IMG/VR virus record: IMGVR_UViG_3300032401_000006
Coordinates: 4,848-68,847 of that record
Length of the DNA stretch: 64,000 bases
DNA from: a virus
Reading direction: 5' to 3' (one strand)
How positions within the stretch are numbered: the stretch's first letter is position 1; each line of letters starts with the position of its first letter. Positions 1 through 9,668 of the stretch are shown here, piece by piece. Both the position numbers and the translations under genes were made by a program. A model generated the notes under the pieces. That model had not been told where the DNA came from and did not search any database. It saw only the letters and a program-made list of their open reading frames with translations.

Positions 1-3000
1 AGACTTGATCTCGTCCGTGACGATTGCTTCCAAACTTGCAAAATCTTCCTGGATGCCTTCGACTTCTTTCGTGACCTTCTCGACCGAACCATCGACGGCC
101 GTCTTCACAGCATCCTGAAAGTAAGAACTCGAGGCCAGCAACTTGTTCACGTCCACGCTGACCGCTTTCGTGATGTCCATCTGGCCGATTCGCTCGACGA
201 CCGCGGCGGTGATCTTCTCGATCACGGCGGCCTCGAACTTCTCTTCGGCAGGAACGGGCTTGGGATTCTCAGGTACCTTACAATCCGCCCCGAGATCACA
301 GGCGTGGTCGTGCATGGCCTGGATCTTTGCCTGATCAGCAGCATTGTTCCGGCGGCCTATCTTCTCCAGGTCTGTCCCTTCAACCTTCTTGGCCGTCTCT
401 TCCTCCATCTTTTTCTTCTGTTCTGCGGTGAGGTTCGAGAAGTCCGGGGTCAGTTTCTTGGAGCCTTTCTCTTGATCATACCCGGTCAGGTTTATGTTGG
501 TGGTAATTCCTTCTGCTTTCTCGACCTTCTCTTCAGCACCGTGAACCGTTCCACCTTCCTCGGTCAGCTCCTCGGAGATTTCGACCAAGAACTCATCCCA
601 TGACTTCTGCATGAGATCTTTCTTCTCGGTGGCCGTGAGTGATTCCGACTGGAGGGCGTTCAGGAGGATGCGGGCGAGCGTGGAAGTCCACATGGGAAAC
701 AGGATGACCTCTTCGGTCTCTTCCCAAACCTCACCAAAGGACTTCGGGATGAATCGGATCTCACCACCTTCGGACAAAGCCGGAGATGATTCGGTGGGCC
801 AGGGCACATCCTCTCCCTGCTTGTTGATGGCGGAGAATTCCTTCTCGGTGAACTTCCGGACGTCGGAGGATTCAGACTTCTCCTTCTTGTCTTCCTTCGC
901 CTCCTCTTCCGGTTTCTCCTTCGCCTCCTCTTCCTTGCTGCCCTCTTCGCCAGGCTTCTTGCCCGTGGCTTCCGCCTCTTCCTTCTTTTTCTTCGCGTCG
1001 ATCTTGTCCTGGATGAATGCCGGGAGAGCTTTCTCGACCTCGGCCACAGGTTCGATCTTCTCGACTAGCGGAGGTGCCGGAGCCAGCCCGACCTCGACGG
1101 CTTTCTTGAAAGCAGGGGTCATCTCAGGAGCCTCCAGGATCCCTACAGCCTCCGTGGTCACCAAGCCACCATCGGCCGACTTCACCAGATACACCGTTGC
1201 CTTGGCATTGGCTGGGTTGTCAACCAGTGAGGCCTCCGAGAACGTGTCGCAGAAGAGACGGTTTGCCTTGACAAGCTCGGCGCCCTTCTGAACTTCGCAA
1301 GGTTCACGACGATACCTGCCGTGGGGCACACCAATCGAAAAGCCCTTCAGCGTCCCATCCAGCAATTTCTCCCACGTCGACTGCGCCCCCTTCGAGATGT
1401 AGACGCCGATGTCGATCTTGCGTTGGGCGTCATTCGGCATGATCTCAACAGCAGATCCGACGGCCTTGGTCGTGTCATGCATCTCGCGGATGTTCTTCGG
1501 CCAGATCTCGACGGCCTTCTTGGCGGCGTCGTAGTCGACGATGTCACCCTGCTTGTCGAGGTCCTCCGTAGTCATGGTTCCATAAACCATTCGACGTTCC
1601 TGGTCAACCTTTGAGATGGGAAGGGTCAAGAACACCGATCCCTCCGTGGCTGCTTTTTCTACTTGCATTTCCTGACCCTCCTGGGTTGATTTGATAATTG
1701 CGTCCTTACCGATCTCCGTGTCTTCGTCCTTGCGGAGTTTGACACCGGTAACTCGAATTTTCATCTTTCCACCGAGATCATATTCAGTCTTGGTGTAGTC
1801 CTTGATCCCGTAGTCTTTCAAAAGCTTGTCCGTCTTATTCTGCCCCATATCGAAGTGCTTCTGGAGAAACGCGTCGAACGGATCATGCTTGATCGTCACC
1901 GCCAGTAAGTCACCCTCTTTGTCAATCTTGGTCACATGCCCAGCCAGGACACCGAGAGTGAACTTTGGCGTCATATAGTTCAACTCTTTCACGGAGGCTT
2001 TCAAGTCCCGCTTCAGCGCCGTACTCAGATTAGAACTGTCGATCTTCTTGCTCAGACCGTCACGGAGCTTATCGAACTTGGCAAAGTCCTTCTCCGCGGC
2101 AGCCTGCCCCATCTGAGTCAGGTGAAGCTCTCCGCCCTTGACGTAATGAAACATCCCGGGCAGCTTCTCACTAGTGAACAACGACAGGTTATCAGATACT
2201 CTGGTCGAGGTACCAAGCAGATCTCCCTTGAAATCTATAGTCGTATCGTCATGTGTTTTGATTACGTTACAGATCTGATCGTACTTTGCTTTAGAGAATA
2301 TCTTGCCCTCGTTCCACTGCGCCCGTTGCTCTTCTGCTATGGCTGCACTGAAAATCTTATGATCACCCGATACCATGATGCCACGCAGGCCACCCTCTCT
2401 CACTAGCGGCGACGTATAGCCGATGTCATGATTGACCATTATGAATTGCTGAGCCAGCCGATCCTCTGCAGATACCTGCCCGTCAGACATCTTCACCATG
2501 ATGTCATCAGCCCTGAGTGCATTACCAACCAGGTGCCTGATACCATGATCGGTGAACTGCTGGCGGTTAGATTCGACTTCTTGATATACCAGCTTCTGAA
2601 CCGAGTCCTGCATCATGGCGTCTACGGATCCGGCATCCAAGTCCTTTAGTGACGGATCACGCAATATGGTACCGACGCGATCGACATAGTCCCGGGCCCG
2701 AAACGTAGTATCTCCCGCCAGATATCCGGTATAGTTATGAAGCTGCTCGTTCGCGTTGAAGATAATCCTGCCCGCATTCTCTTCCGACATCTTTCCGACA
2801 ACCGGCACGAGCTTGGCCCGATCTTCCGAGATGACTCTCAGATTCTTACTCATATTTGAGCGTATGTCGGAATACTTCGCCTGAGCCATCCTCATCTCAG
2901 GTGTGATTTCCTTCGCATCGGCCGGATAGTCCTTTATACTGATTCGTCCCCCAGTTTTTACAGACGGTGTCTTTTCTCCACCACCACTACCGCTATCTTC

Positions 3001-3303
3001 TGAACTAACAAACTGTCCGCCGTCAGAACTACCCTCCTCTGCACGTGGGTGCTCGGACTCATCCCACTTCTGAAGTTTTGACTCTTCGATAGCCTTAGTA
3101 ATCTCCGCCTCGGACATCTTCAGTTTCTTTCCTACGACACCCCACGCCTGAGCAAACGCCTGCCCTTCACACTTCTTCGGATCTCCCCCCTTATCCGTAC
3201 AGCGACTAAAAACAGAATTCCATATGGCACGCCACTGTCTCTGCTTTTTCGGGAGCAGCTGCTTGACCGGATCCGGCAGAGACTCGATCGTAGGGTACGG
3301 CAT
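1..3303 (-). CDS. Polyprotein: ChaB-like N-terminus + HD-family phosphohydrolase + XkdF-type prohead serine protease + acidic/coiled scaffold-like C-terminus (3' end runs off window, >1101 aa)
   Basis: Not in ORF track (no stop in window). Manually translated without stops from ATG 3303 (RBS AGGAG): MPYPTIESLPDPVKQLLP..QWRAIWNS..AFAQAWGVV (ChaB-like); TDHGIRH..NHDIGY..DH..THD..SDN (HD); ISKVDQERRMVYG..DLDKQGDIVD..NIREMH..AVG..GTLKGFSIG..EASLVDNPAN (protease). Confidence 0.88.
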   Translation of the reverse strand, partial: MPYPTIESLPDPVKQLLPKKQRQWRAIWNSVFSRCTDKGGDPKKCEGQAFAQAWGVVGKKLKMSEAEITKAIEESKLQKWDESEHPRAEEGSSDGGQFVSSEDSGSGGGEKTPSVKTGGRISIKDYPADAKEITPEMRMAQAKYSDIRSNMSKNLRVISEDRAKLVPVVGKMSEENAGRIIFNANEQLHNYTGYLAGDTTFRARDYVDRVGTILRDPSLKDLDAGSVDAMMQDSVQKLVYQEVESNRQQFTDHGIRHLVGNALRADDIMVKMSDGQVSAEDRLAQQFIMVNHDIGYTSPLVREGGLRGIMVSGDHKIFSAAIAEEQRAQWNEGKIFSKAKYDQICNVIKTHDDTTIDFKGDLLGTSTRVSDNLSLFTSEKLPGMFHYVKGGELHLTQMGQAAAEKDFAKFDKLRDGLSKKIDSSNLSTALKRDLKASVKELNYMTPKFTLGVLAGHVTKIDKEGDLLAVTIKHDPFDAFLQKHFDMGQNKTDKLLKDYGIKDYTKTEYDLGGKMKIRVTGVKLRKDEDTEIGKDAIIKSTQEGQEMQVEKAATEGSVFLTLPISKVDQERRMVYGTMTTEDLDKQGDIVDYDAAKKAVEIWPKNIREMHDTTKAVGSAVEIMPNDAQRKIDIGVYISKGAQSTWEKLLDGTLKGFSIGVPHGRYRREPCEVQKGAELVKANRLFCDTFSEASLVDNPANAKATVYLVKSADGGLVTTEAVGILEAPEMTPAFKKAVEVGLAPAPPLVEKIEPVAEVEKALPAFIQDKIDAKKKKEEAEATGKKPGEEGSKEEEAKEKPEEEAKEDKKEKSESSDVRKFTEKEFSAINKQGEDVPWPTESSPALSEGGEIRFIPKSFGEVWEETEEVILFPMWTSTLARILLNALQSESLTATEKKDLMQKSWDEFLVEISEELTEEGGTVHGAEEKVEKAEGITTNINLTGYDQEKGSKKLTPDFSNLTAEQKKKMEEETAKKVEGTDLEKIGRRNNAADQAKIQAMHDHACDLGADCKVPENPKPVPAEEKFEAAVIEKITAAVVERIGQMDITKAVSVDVNKLLASSSYFQDAVKTAVDGSVEKVTKEVEGIQEDFASLEAIVTDEIKS

Positions 3304-3438
3304 TTCCAATCTCCTAATTTTACGCTTAACTGACGGAGCCGGGTCGGAAAACCGATCCGAATAGTAGCACGTGGGGGTACGTCCCAAAAACGTCTACCGA
3401 GCTGTAAGGACGAGTTCCGAGCTGTTTTTGCACGTTTG

Positions 3439-3627
3439 CTAGTCTCGTCCGACCCATTTGTCGTCTTTTATCAGCCCAGAACCGACTGCAAACCGGTAAA
3501 CGGGCCGTTTCCGGAATGCGTCCAGATCTTTCACGGCCGCCAGGAATGCTTCCGATTTATAAGGCGGGAGATCCCACGTCATCTTCAGCCAGTCTTGGTT
3601 ATCTGGCAGAGCATCTATGTTGATCAT
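3439..3627 (-). CDS. 62-aa protein coupled to the ART gene; candidate immunity/partner
   Basis: Start overlaps the ART stop (TGATG); INIDALPDNQDWLKMTWDLPPYKS. Function inferred from position only. Confidence 0.6.
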   Translation of the reverse strand: MINIDALPDNQDWLKMTWDLPPYKSEAFLAAVKDLDAFRKRPVYRFAVGSGLIKDDKWVGRD

Positions 3628-4856
3628 CAGTTTCCCTTCAACCGACGGACGATGTACTTCGGATCCATACTCTCTGTATCGTCAAAAAAGTTCTCCTGGT
3701 TATATGAGAATACGGCGTGCATTTTAGTAACGCCTCCGAGTACGACTACCTCTGATTCGTTTACACAACCAAATCCGGTTCTCGGAGTGGCGATAATCTT
3801 ACTGACCGGAATCTTGGCGGCAAGTATCATCGGGTACATATCGTCCTTACTGCCAACAAAATTAGCCGCCGTATTAACATTCGTAGAGAATGACGACATT
3901 GGTTGCATACGAAGCGTCAGCGTCTTGACAGCTACCCGCTCAGAATCTAGGGCACTTCGCATCTCTGCCGTTACAGATTCTTGTGGTAGTCCAAGTCCAC
4001 GAAATACGGTGACTTCAGTAACTCCGTTCTTCGCATAAAAGTCTTGCGTCTGGTTATACATCGTGCGAAGAAATACGCGTGCCCCTTTCATCTGAAGATC
4101 GGCTTCTGGCTTAACAACCCACTCTCCATACTGTTCACTAATATGCTCACCAGCGTGGTCTAGTGTAGCACCAGTAAGATTAAACTCCTTCTTAGCTGCA
4201 GCCTGAAGAACCATAGCCGTCGGATTATTATCCAGTGAAGTACTTGCCCATGAGTGAACAAGTTGTTCTTCTGGTGAAAGTGGTACTGGATAATCATCTG
4301 CGCGAAGTGTAAATACCTTCGTAAACGCATCATACGCAGCCCTGTCTTCTAGACTGAGCTTCGATAGCCGATCCTGGAGATCCTTCTCAACCTGCTGCTT
4401 TAGCCATACTGCTCGGTCAGATGCTGGACTGCCGACGGCCATCTGACGGATATAGTTATCATCCAGCTTCTTCCAATTATCTATATCACTTGAACTTGGG
4501 ATATCACCCTCTCCAATAAATTCTCCAGATCCACTACTACTGGCAAAGCGGCCTCGCTCGTCATGCACGTCGTTGAACTTCTTTACAGGCTCTTCAGAAA
4601 ACTCCAGCGGGTCGAAGCCGAGCATGGCAACCACTTCCGGTGGTGTCACGTCCAGCTCTTCGTCGTCATCGGGCTCATCGGCAAGAATAGCACGCCAATC
4701 TTCCGGCTCGTCAGCTCCGATAAACGTAGCTTGTGGGAAAGCTATGGCAGACTTCTCAACCTTCTCTTCACCCAGCTGCTTCCTAAGCCTGGCAAGGGTC
4801 GCCTCATCCACGGGCCTGCCAGATAGTGATACTACTGTAAAAGTATCAGCTGGCAT
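3627..4856 (-). CDS. Head-module protein with C-terminal ADP-ribosyltransferase (R-S-E type) domain
   Basis: TVFRG, SSFSTN, NESEVVV motifs; likely start ATG 4856 overlapping the MuF stop; tag VKK-FNDVHDERGRF precedes the cargo. Confidence 0.8.
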   Translation of the reverse strand: MPADTFTVVSLSGRPVDEATLARLRKQLGEEKVEKSAIAFPQATFIGADEPEDWRAILADEPDDDEELDVTPPEVVAMLGFDPLEFSEEPVKKFNDVHDERGRFASSSGSGEFIGEGDIPSSSDIDNWKKLDDNYIRQMAVGSPASDRAVWLKQQVEKDLQDRLSKLSLEDRAAYDAFTKVFTLRADDYPVPLSPEEQLVHSWASTSLDNNPTAMVLQAAAKKEFNLTGATLDHAGEHISEQYGEWVVKPEADLQMKGARVFLRTMYNQTQDFYAKNGVTEVTVFRGLGLPQESVTAEMRSALDSERVAVKTLTLRMQPMSSFSTNVNTAANFVGSKDDMYPMILAAKIPVSKIIATPRTGFGCVNESEVVVLGGVTKMHAVFSYNQENFFDDTESMDPKYIVRRLKGN

Positions 4857-7332
4857 CCCACGCACCCCATCTTCTAGTCTTTGACATCTGCTTATATACT
4901 TGCGCGACTGAGAATGACCGAGCATCCGTTATGGCATAATACTTGTAATACGCACCCTTGTCATAAAACTTATTAAATACCGGATCAAAGACTACGTTAT
5001 CCTTCTCAGCGAAACCGTGAAAGTAAACAGAATTCTCAAAATTGCCAATCTGAGGGTATAACGTAGCGTGAACCACTTTCCAGTCCGGGTTGTCGGTTAC
5101 AAACTTTGCAGCCATCTCATAGCACAGCCCTCTACGTTCACCGTAATCATTCACTACAATACCTTCAGGTGTGTCTACTTCCGTAGGCCCAGCAATAGCC
5201 GTAAAGATATCTACAGGGTTGCCATCCTCATTCAGATCGCGACGTAACACGTCTTCTGGCACGCCCTTCTCTATCCTGGCAGCGTCAGTCTCACAATATC
5301 TACCCTTATCCAGATATTTCGTACCCGGACCGTACTTGGTCGGGAATCGCATATCTCTCTGATGCTTGGGCACCCCACTTCCGCCTCCGATAAACTTCCC
5401 GTCCTCTCCACGCGGGTGGTCTTCTTCGTTCCAGTCCTTCTCCAAATCAGTATTCTCAAACTTGCCAATATGAGCACCTATGAGCCACTTCGAAAATACT
5501 ACCGGGTGTATATAGGACTGAAGAGCTACAGTCGGTGTATTCCCCAGCTTGGCAGAGACCGCTTTCGCCACATCCTTTACGGCCAGCTTGTATGTCTTCT
5601 CGTCAGACGGAGCAGGCATCCTGGCAACCACCTCCTGAGCCGTACGTGTGCCGAGTAAGGTCCTAAAGTCCTTCGTCTGAAATCCACCATGATCCTGCAC
5701 GTGCGTATAGTCGAGTACCTTCCCGGCTGTCGTGTTGAATATTCGTCCACTCGGGCCCGCAGCATCCCGCCTAGCCAAGAGATCCCTGGCTACCGCGCGG
5801 TCGTTTACCGGAATATCCAGCGCAACACCCTTCTTACCGACAAACACCAGCCGCACATTATTGGGACTGTCACCAACCACGTGCTTTCCCATAAGCGTCG
5901 TGGCCCCGTAGGCCTTTACCGCACCACCAGTATCGTTCTCACCTCCAGGACGAAGGCCGGTTCTCATAATTAAACGAAGTGCGCAGGCCTCTTCCTTATT
6001 ACGACCGAACTGTATGTCCCGGTTGACGTCTGACGAGATTCGCCCTTCTTCCTTGTCGAGCTCCTCTATACGGGCAAACTTTGCCGTCGCCTGTTGCTCT
6101 TTCCAGGGCTTGCTATATATGGTTTGCTGACGGCCCTTGCTGTCATCTCCAACAGCATGGATGTCATCATTGGGATCTTCACTATATCGTACGTTCTTCC
6201 AACCCGGAGGGATTCGTATGTGCTGAAAGTGCTCCGGCAGATCCTTTCCGCTCTTCTGCTTCCAGGTCTTGCTTTCCTTATCATAGATGGCATTCTGGCC
6301 ACCACCTTCGGATACCCACCGGCCGCTCTCGTCCCGCTCCTGGTTCTCATCAAACCTCTTCGCTAGAGCAGACTTCATCCGAACCGTGTATATGAACCAC
6401 CGCTTCGGTCCCGGCCCGAGGTGCATACTGTATTCCGGCACCAACCCCTTCTTACGCAGTATGGATACTGCGTGCTTCCACCCCTTTACGGGAGGGATGT
6501 CGGTGTGGTTCTCGGAATTAAAAATGATCTTCTTGCCAGTCTTCAAATCTCTGAGTGCCTGCTTAGCCTCGTCCGAGATCAGCTCGTCTTCTTCTCCGTG
6601 GCCACCACCATACGTATACTGGTTAATACCCTCCGGATTAGACTTCTCCAGCTTCTGAAGTATGGCAGTCTCAACCTTCTCTACCGCAGCTAGGAACTCA
6701 TCGTCGTCCAAGTCATCCGGCCCGAAGTCACCGGGCATCGGAAGGAAGCTACGTACACAATTTGGGTGTGAGAGTGGATACTGCCGCGCCACTTCCAGAC
6801 TGATGATCAAACCATCCACCGCAGCACAGTCCTCATCACCGTCACCGTCCGATACCATTACCGCTTGTAGACCCGCCTGAGCGTATCCCTCAACCTGCCC
6901 CCATTGAAGTGCGTAGCCAGTCTCGGTACGCGCGATCATCTTCGCACGCCAATCTTCCATACCCGAGAACGTATCTTTTAGCCCTTCCGTAATTCCTTGC
7001 AGACCAGACTTATCCGCCAGCGCCTGGTTGAAGACCCCCAGCAGCCGCGTCCGGGTGGTGTTATCTATTCCATTCACCAGCTGCTTGGAGAAGTCATCCA
7101 GGTCTCGGACTATCTTCTCGCCCAGCCGTCGACTGCGGATGAAGTCCTCGGTGTTCACGTCACGGATGTCGAAGTTGTCCTCAGGCAAGATCGTACCTAG
7201 TGCAGCCGAGCCACCTGCAGCAACTACGTCACGCCAGAGGTCAGCTATCTGCGGCGCATACTTCTGGCTTATCTTATCCAAGTCGATGTCATTGATAATG
7301 GCATGGATCTCGTCTTGGGACAATTCAGACAT
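4846..7332 (-). CDS. MuF/SPP1 gp7-like head protein fused to a small unknown domain, DNA topoisomerase IB and a Cys-His-Asp (transglutaminase/papain-like) domain
   Basis: RAKMIARTET, C..DG, HPNCVRSF (MuF); IPPGW, GDDSKGRQQTIY, TGLRPG, YGATTL, FVGKKG, KDFRT, LGNTPTVALQSYIHP (Topo IB); GLCYEMA..FHGFAE..VFDP. Confidence 0.88.
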   Translation of the reverse strand: MSELSQDEIHAIINDIDLDKISQKYAPQIADLWRDVVAAGGSAALGTILPEDNFDIRDVNTEDFIRSRRLGEKIVRDLDDFSKQLVNGIDNTTRTRLLGVFNQALADKSGLQGITEGLKDTFSGMEDWRAKMIARTETGYALQWGQVEGYAQAGLQAVMVSDGDGDEDCAAVDGLIISLEVARQYPLSHPNCVRSFLPMPGDFGPDDLDDDEFLAAVEKVETAILQKLEKSNPEGINQYTYGGGHGEEDELISDEAKQALRDLKTGKKIIFNSENHTDIPPVKGWKHAVSILRKKGLVPEYSMHLGPGPKRWFIYTVRMKSALAKRFDENQERDESGRWVSEGGGQNAIYDKESKTWKQKSGKDLPEHFQHIRIPPGWKNVRYSEDPNDDIHAVGDDSKGRQQTIYSKPWKEQQATAKFARIEELDKEEGRISSDVNRDIQFGRNKEEACALRLIMRTGLRPGGENDTGGAVKAYGATTLMGKHVVGDSPNNVRLVFVGKKGVALDIPVNDRAVARDLLARRDAAGPSGRIFNTTAGKVLDYTHVQDHGGFQTKDFRTLLGTRTAQEVVARMPAPSDEKTYKLAVKDVAKAVSAKLGNTPTVALQSYIHPVVFSKWLIGAHIGKFENTDLEKDWNEEDHPRGEDGKFIGGGSGVPKHQRDMRFPTKYGPGTKYLDKGRYCETDAARIEKGVPEDVLRRDLNEDGNPVDIFTAIAGPTEVDTPEGIVVNDYGERRGLCYEMAAKFVTDNPDWKVVHATLYPQIGNFENSVYFHGFAEKDNVVFDPVFNKFYDKGAYYKYYAITDARSFSVAQVYKQMSKTRRWGAWDAS

Positions 7333-9664
7333 TCGGCACCCTGGACTTGACCGTACTGATAACCACCTGAGCCTGCTCGGCGAACATGCGGGCGAAGATT
7401 TCCTTCATCCGCTCTTCAGACCGCTTACGTATAATTTCCAGCTTGGGATCTTTCTTGGGGTAGGTGACTTTTTTAATATCTTCACCCTTCTCGATAGCTT
7501 CCAACTGCTCCTGGATCTCCCGCGCCGTATCTAAAGGAATCTCTTTCGTCTCAAACTTGCGCAGCAGCTTTCCCTGCTTGATCCGGTTGCGGACAAACTT
7601 GCGCCACGTCTGAAGCTCAACGTCGCACTTATTTATGTCCACGCTATCACAATCATATTCAACCTCGGAGAACAGCTCGTCTACCTTCGCCAGCTTCTCT
7701 TCTCCGGTATCACGGACGACACCAACTGCACGGTCATCCCAAAGCTCAACCATGTCCCGGTCTTTTACGTTCGTTATCGGTAACGCTACGCCGATATGCT
7801 CCAGGCACCAGTCACGGATCAGTTTCTCTGTCTGCCAGTTCTGCGCCGAATCCGGGCTGCTGACTCTGGCCGTCAGGATGCGGACTTCCTTGCCCTCGCC
7901 AAGCCACTGCTGGACCCGCTCGACCATCTTCGGTACCGGATCACCTATGACCGATTTGTCTTTCGTATGCTCGGCCAGCGTGCCATCCAGATCAACTCCG
8001 TACCAACCACCCTCGGTGCCGTCACCTTTTTCGACTTTTGTCTTTGCAGCCAAAGCCTTGGACTCGGGCTTCGTGGCCGGGGGGCCTGCCTTACCGCCGG
8101 CCACTGGCTTAACGACAGGTTTTAATTGCGGCGCGGCCTTGACACCTATTGCGGGTGGCACGACCGGTTTAGTACTAAGCGGCGTTTCGGGCAAGGTTGG
8201 ATTTTGCATTGATGCGGTGGCTGCTGCGGTGGTCTCGGTCTGAGTATCCTGATTCGGGTGCTTCTCGAAATAACTCTTGTACTGCTGTTGATAATCCTTC
8301 GCCTCGCCCTCGATCGGTATGAAGCCAGTCGGCGACATGATACCATTCGGGATCCCGATGGGCTTCTTGCCGGCGTTCATCCGGGCCTCATCGATGGAAA
8401 TGATGCCGCTCTTGACGAGCATGACATCCTTCTCGGCCTGTGCCTTCTCGTCCGTCGTCCGCTCTTCAGTGAATATAAACCTAAGCTGTGGCATGCCCTG
8501 AACGGTCTGAATTTCGTTCGTTATGATATCCTCGATGAAGTTCCAGAGTGGTTCTGTGGCTTCGTCTTCCGCCGTGTCGGCTGTCTCCGCCGTGGACCGG
8601 TTCATCTGTGACACGTACGGAGTGGGGCTGGTGTGAAAGATGGCACAACACCTACGGACGATGAACTCGGATATCTTCGTGACCTTGATCGACATGTCAC
8701 GCTCGATCATTCGCTCCAGCTTGAACCCGTCGGGCATGAAGTGAAGGCGGTTGCGAAGATTCGGATCACCCACGATCGAAGCATTGAACTTGTCCGTGAA
8801 TTCCATGATCTGCGTCATCGACCATTCCTTCGGCAACGTGGCGAAACCAGCCGGTACATTTCCCTGTGTGAAGTAGTTCAAATCATAGATGTCCCGACGA
8901 AGAGCTATGTTTATGTTCAGCAGCAGCCACTCGACTTCAGACATGCCGTATGGACTGTCGTTCGACGGATTCCGAACGCAGTACAAAATCTGATCCTGGG
9001 TGAAGCCCTCATAGACAACACCTTTTATGATCTGCTGAAACGCCGGGTAGGGTGGAGCGGGCGGGCGACCAGTGACGTCGATCAGCGGTTTGATCGTCCT
9101 CCCCGACAAGACCTCGTGCGCGGCAACACCTTTGCCATCCCGGGTCGGCCAGCGGGCGATCGTCGCCGCGTCGTATAGATACGAGTCTTCAAGAAACGCC
9201 GCGATCCAGATAGCGAACGAATCCCTGCCGTTCGGCTTCATCCAATATTTAGTCAACGCCTCCATCTTGTCCTGATACTTGTCGATCTTGTCGCGTTCTG
9301 CCTCGATCGGCACGATGGCCCATTCACGTCCTCTGATCTTGTTCTTCTTCGCCTCGATGCAATACCTGACCGGATCCCAAGCAGCCATCGCCTGAAGAAC
9401 GTCGAAGCCCGTCAGTCCGGCCCGTGGCATGAACTGGATGTTGTACGACGATGGATAATCCCACTTGCGGGTGTTCGCCATGTCCCGCTCGTAAGGCGCC
9501 AACGGCTCACCCGGAGGCATGAAGCCCGTCGAGAAACCACCGAGGGCTTGCGCGGCCTGACCCGCCAAGGACTGACTGCGGGCGGTCAGATATGCTCCTG
9601 GATTCTTGGCGATCTCCGACATGTCCGTTCTACGAACCAGATTGGTGTTGATGCTGGCAGCCAT
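7325..9664 (-). CDS. Portal protein with inserted HAD-family phosphatase domain
   Basis: YGMSEVE, YFTQGNVPAG, ISIDEAR portal motifs, located between terminase and MuF; WYGVDLDGTLAE..ILTAR..LWDDRAV HAD motifs at ~7690-8010. Confidence 0.88.
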   Translation of the reverse strand: MAASINTNLVRRTDMSEIAKNPGAYLTARSQSLAGQAAQALGGFSTGFMPPGEPLAPYERDMANTRKWDYPSSYNIQFMPRAGLTGFDVLQAMAAWDPVRYCIEAKKNKIRGREWAIVPIEAERDKIDKYQDKMEALTKYWMKPNGRDSFAIWIAAFLEDSYLYDAATIARWPTRDGKGVAAHEVLSGRTIKPLIDVTGRPPAPPYPAFQQIIKGVVYEGFTQDQILYCVRNPSNDSPYGMSEVEWLLLNINIALRRDIYDLNYFTQGNVPAGFATLPKEWSMTQIMEFTDKFNASIVGDPNLRNRLHFMPDGFKLERMIERDMSIKVTKISEFIVRRCCAIFHTSPTPYVSQMNRSTAETADTAEDEATEPLWNFIEDIITNEIQTVQGMPQLRFIFTEERTTDEKAQAEKDVMLVKSGIISIDEARMNAGKKPIGIPNGIMSPTGFIPIEGEAKDYQQQYKSYFEKHPNQDTQTETTAAATASMQNPTLPETPLSTKPVVPPAIGVKAAPQLKPVVKPVAGGKAGPPATKPESKALAAKTKVEKGDGTEGGWYGVDLDGTLAEHTKDKSVIGDPVPKMVERVQQWLGEGKEVRILTARVSSPDSAQNWQTEKLIRDWCLEHIGVALPITNVKDRDMVELWDDRAVGVVRDTGEEKLAKVDELFSEVEYDCDSVDINKCDVELQTWRKFVRNRIKQGKLLRKFETKEIPLDTAREIQEQLEAIEKGEDIKKVTYPKKDPKLEIIRKRSEERMKEIFARMFAEQAQVVISTVKSRVPNV

Positions 9665-9668
9665 CGGG

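Noticed and set aside
5470-6315. Tyrosine integrase
   Set aside because: Motifs (IPPGW, GKKG, KDFRT, LGNTP..SYI) are those of topoisomerase IB, and the domain is embedded in MuF.
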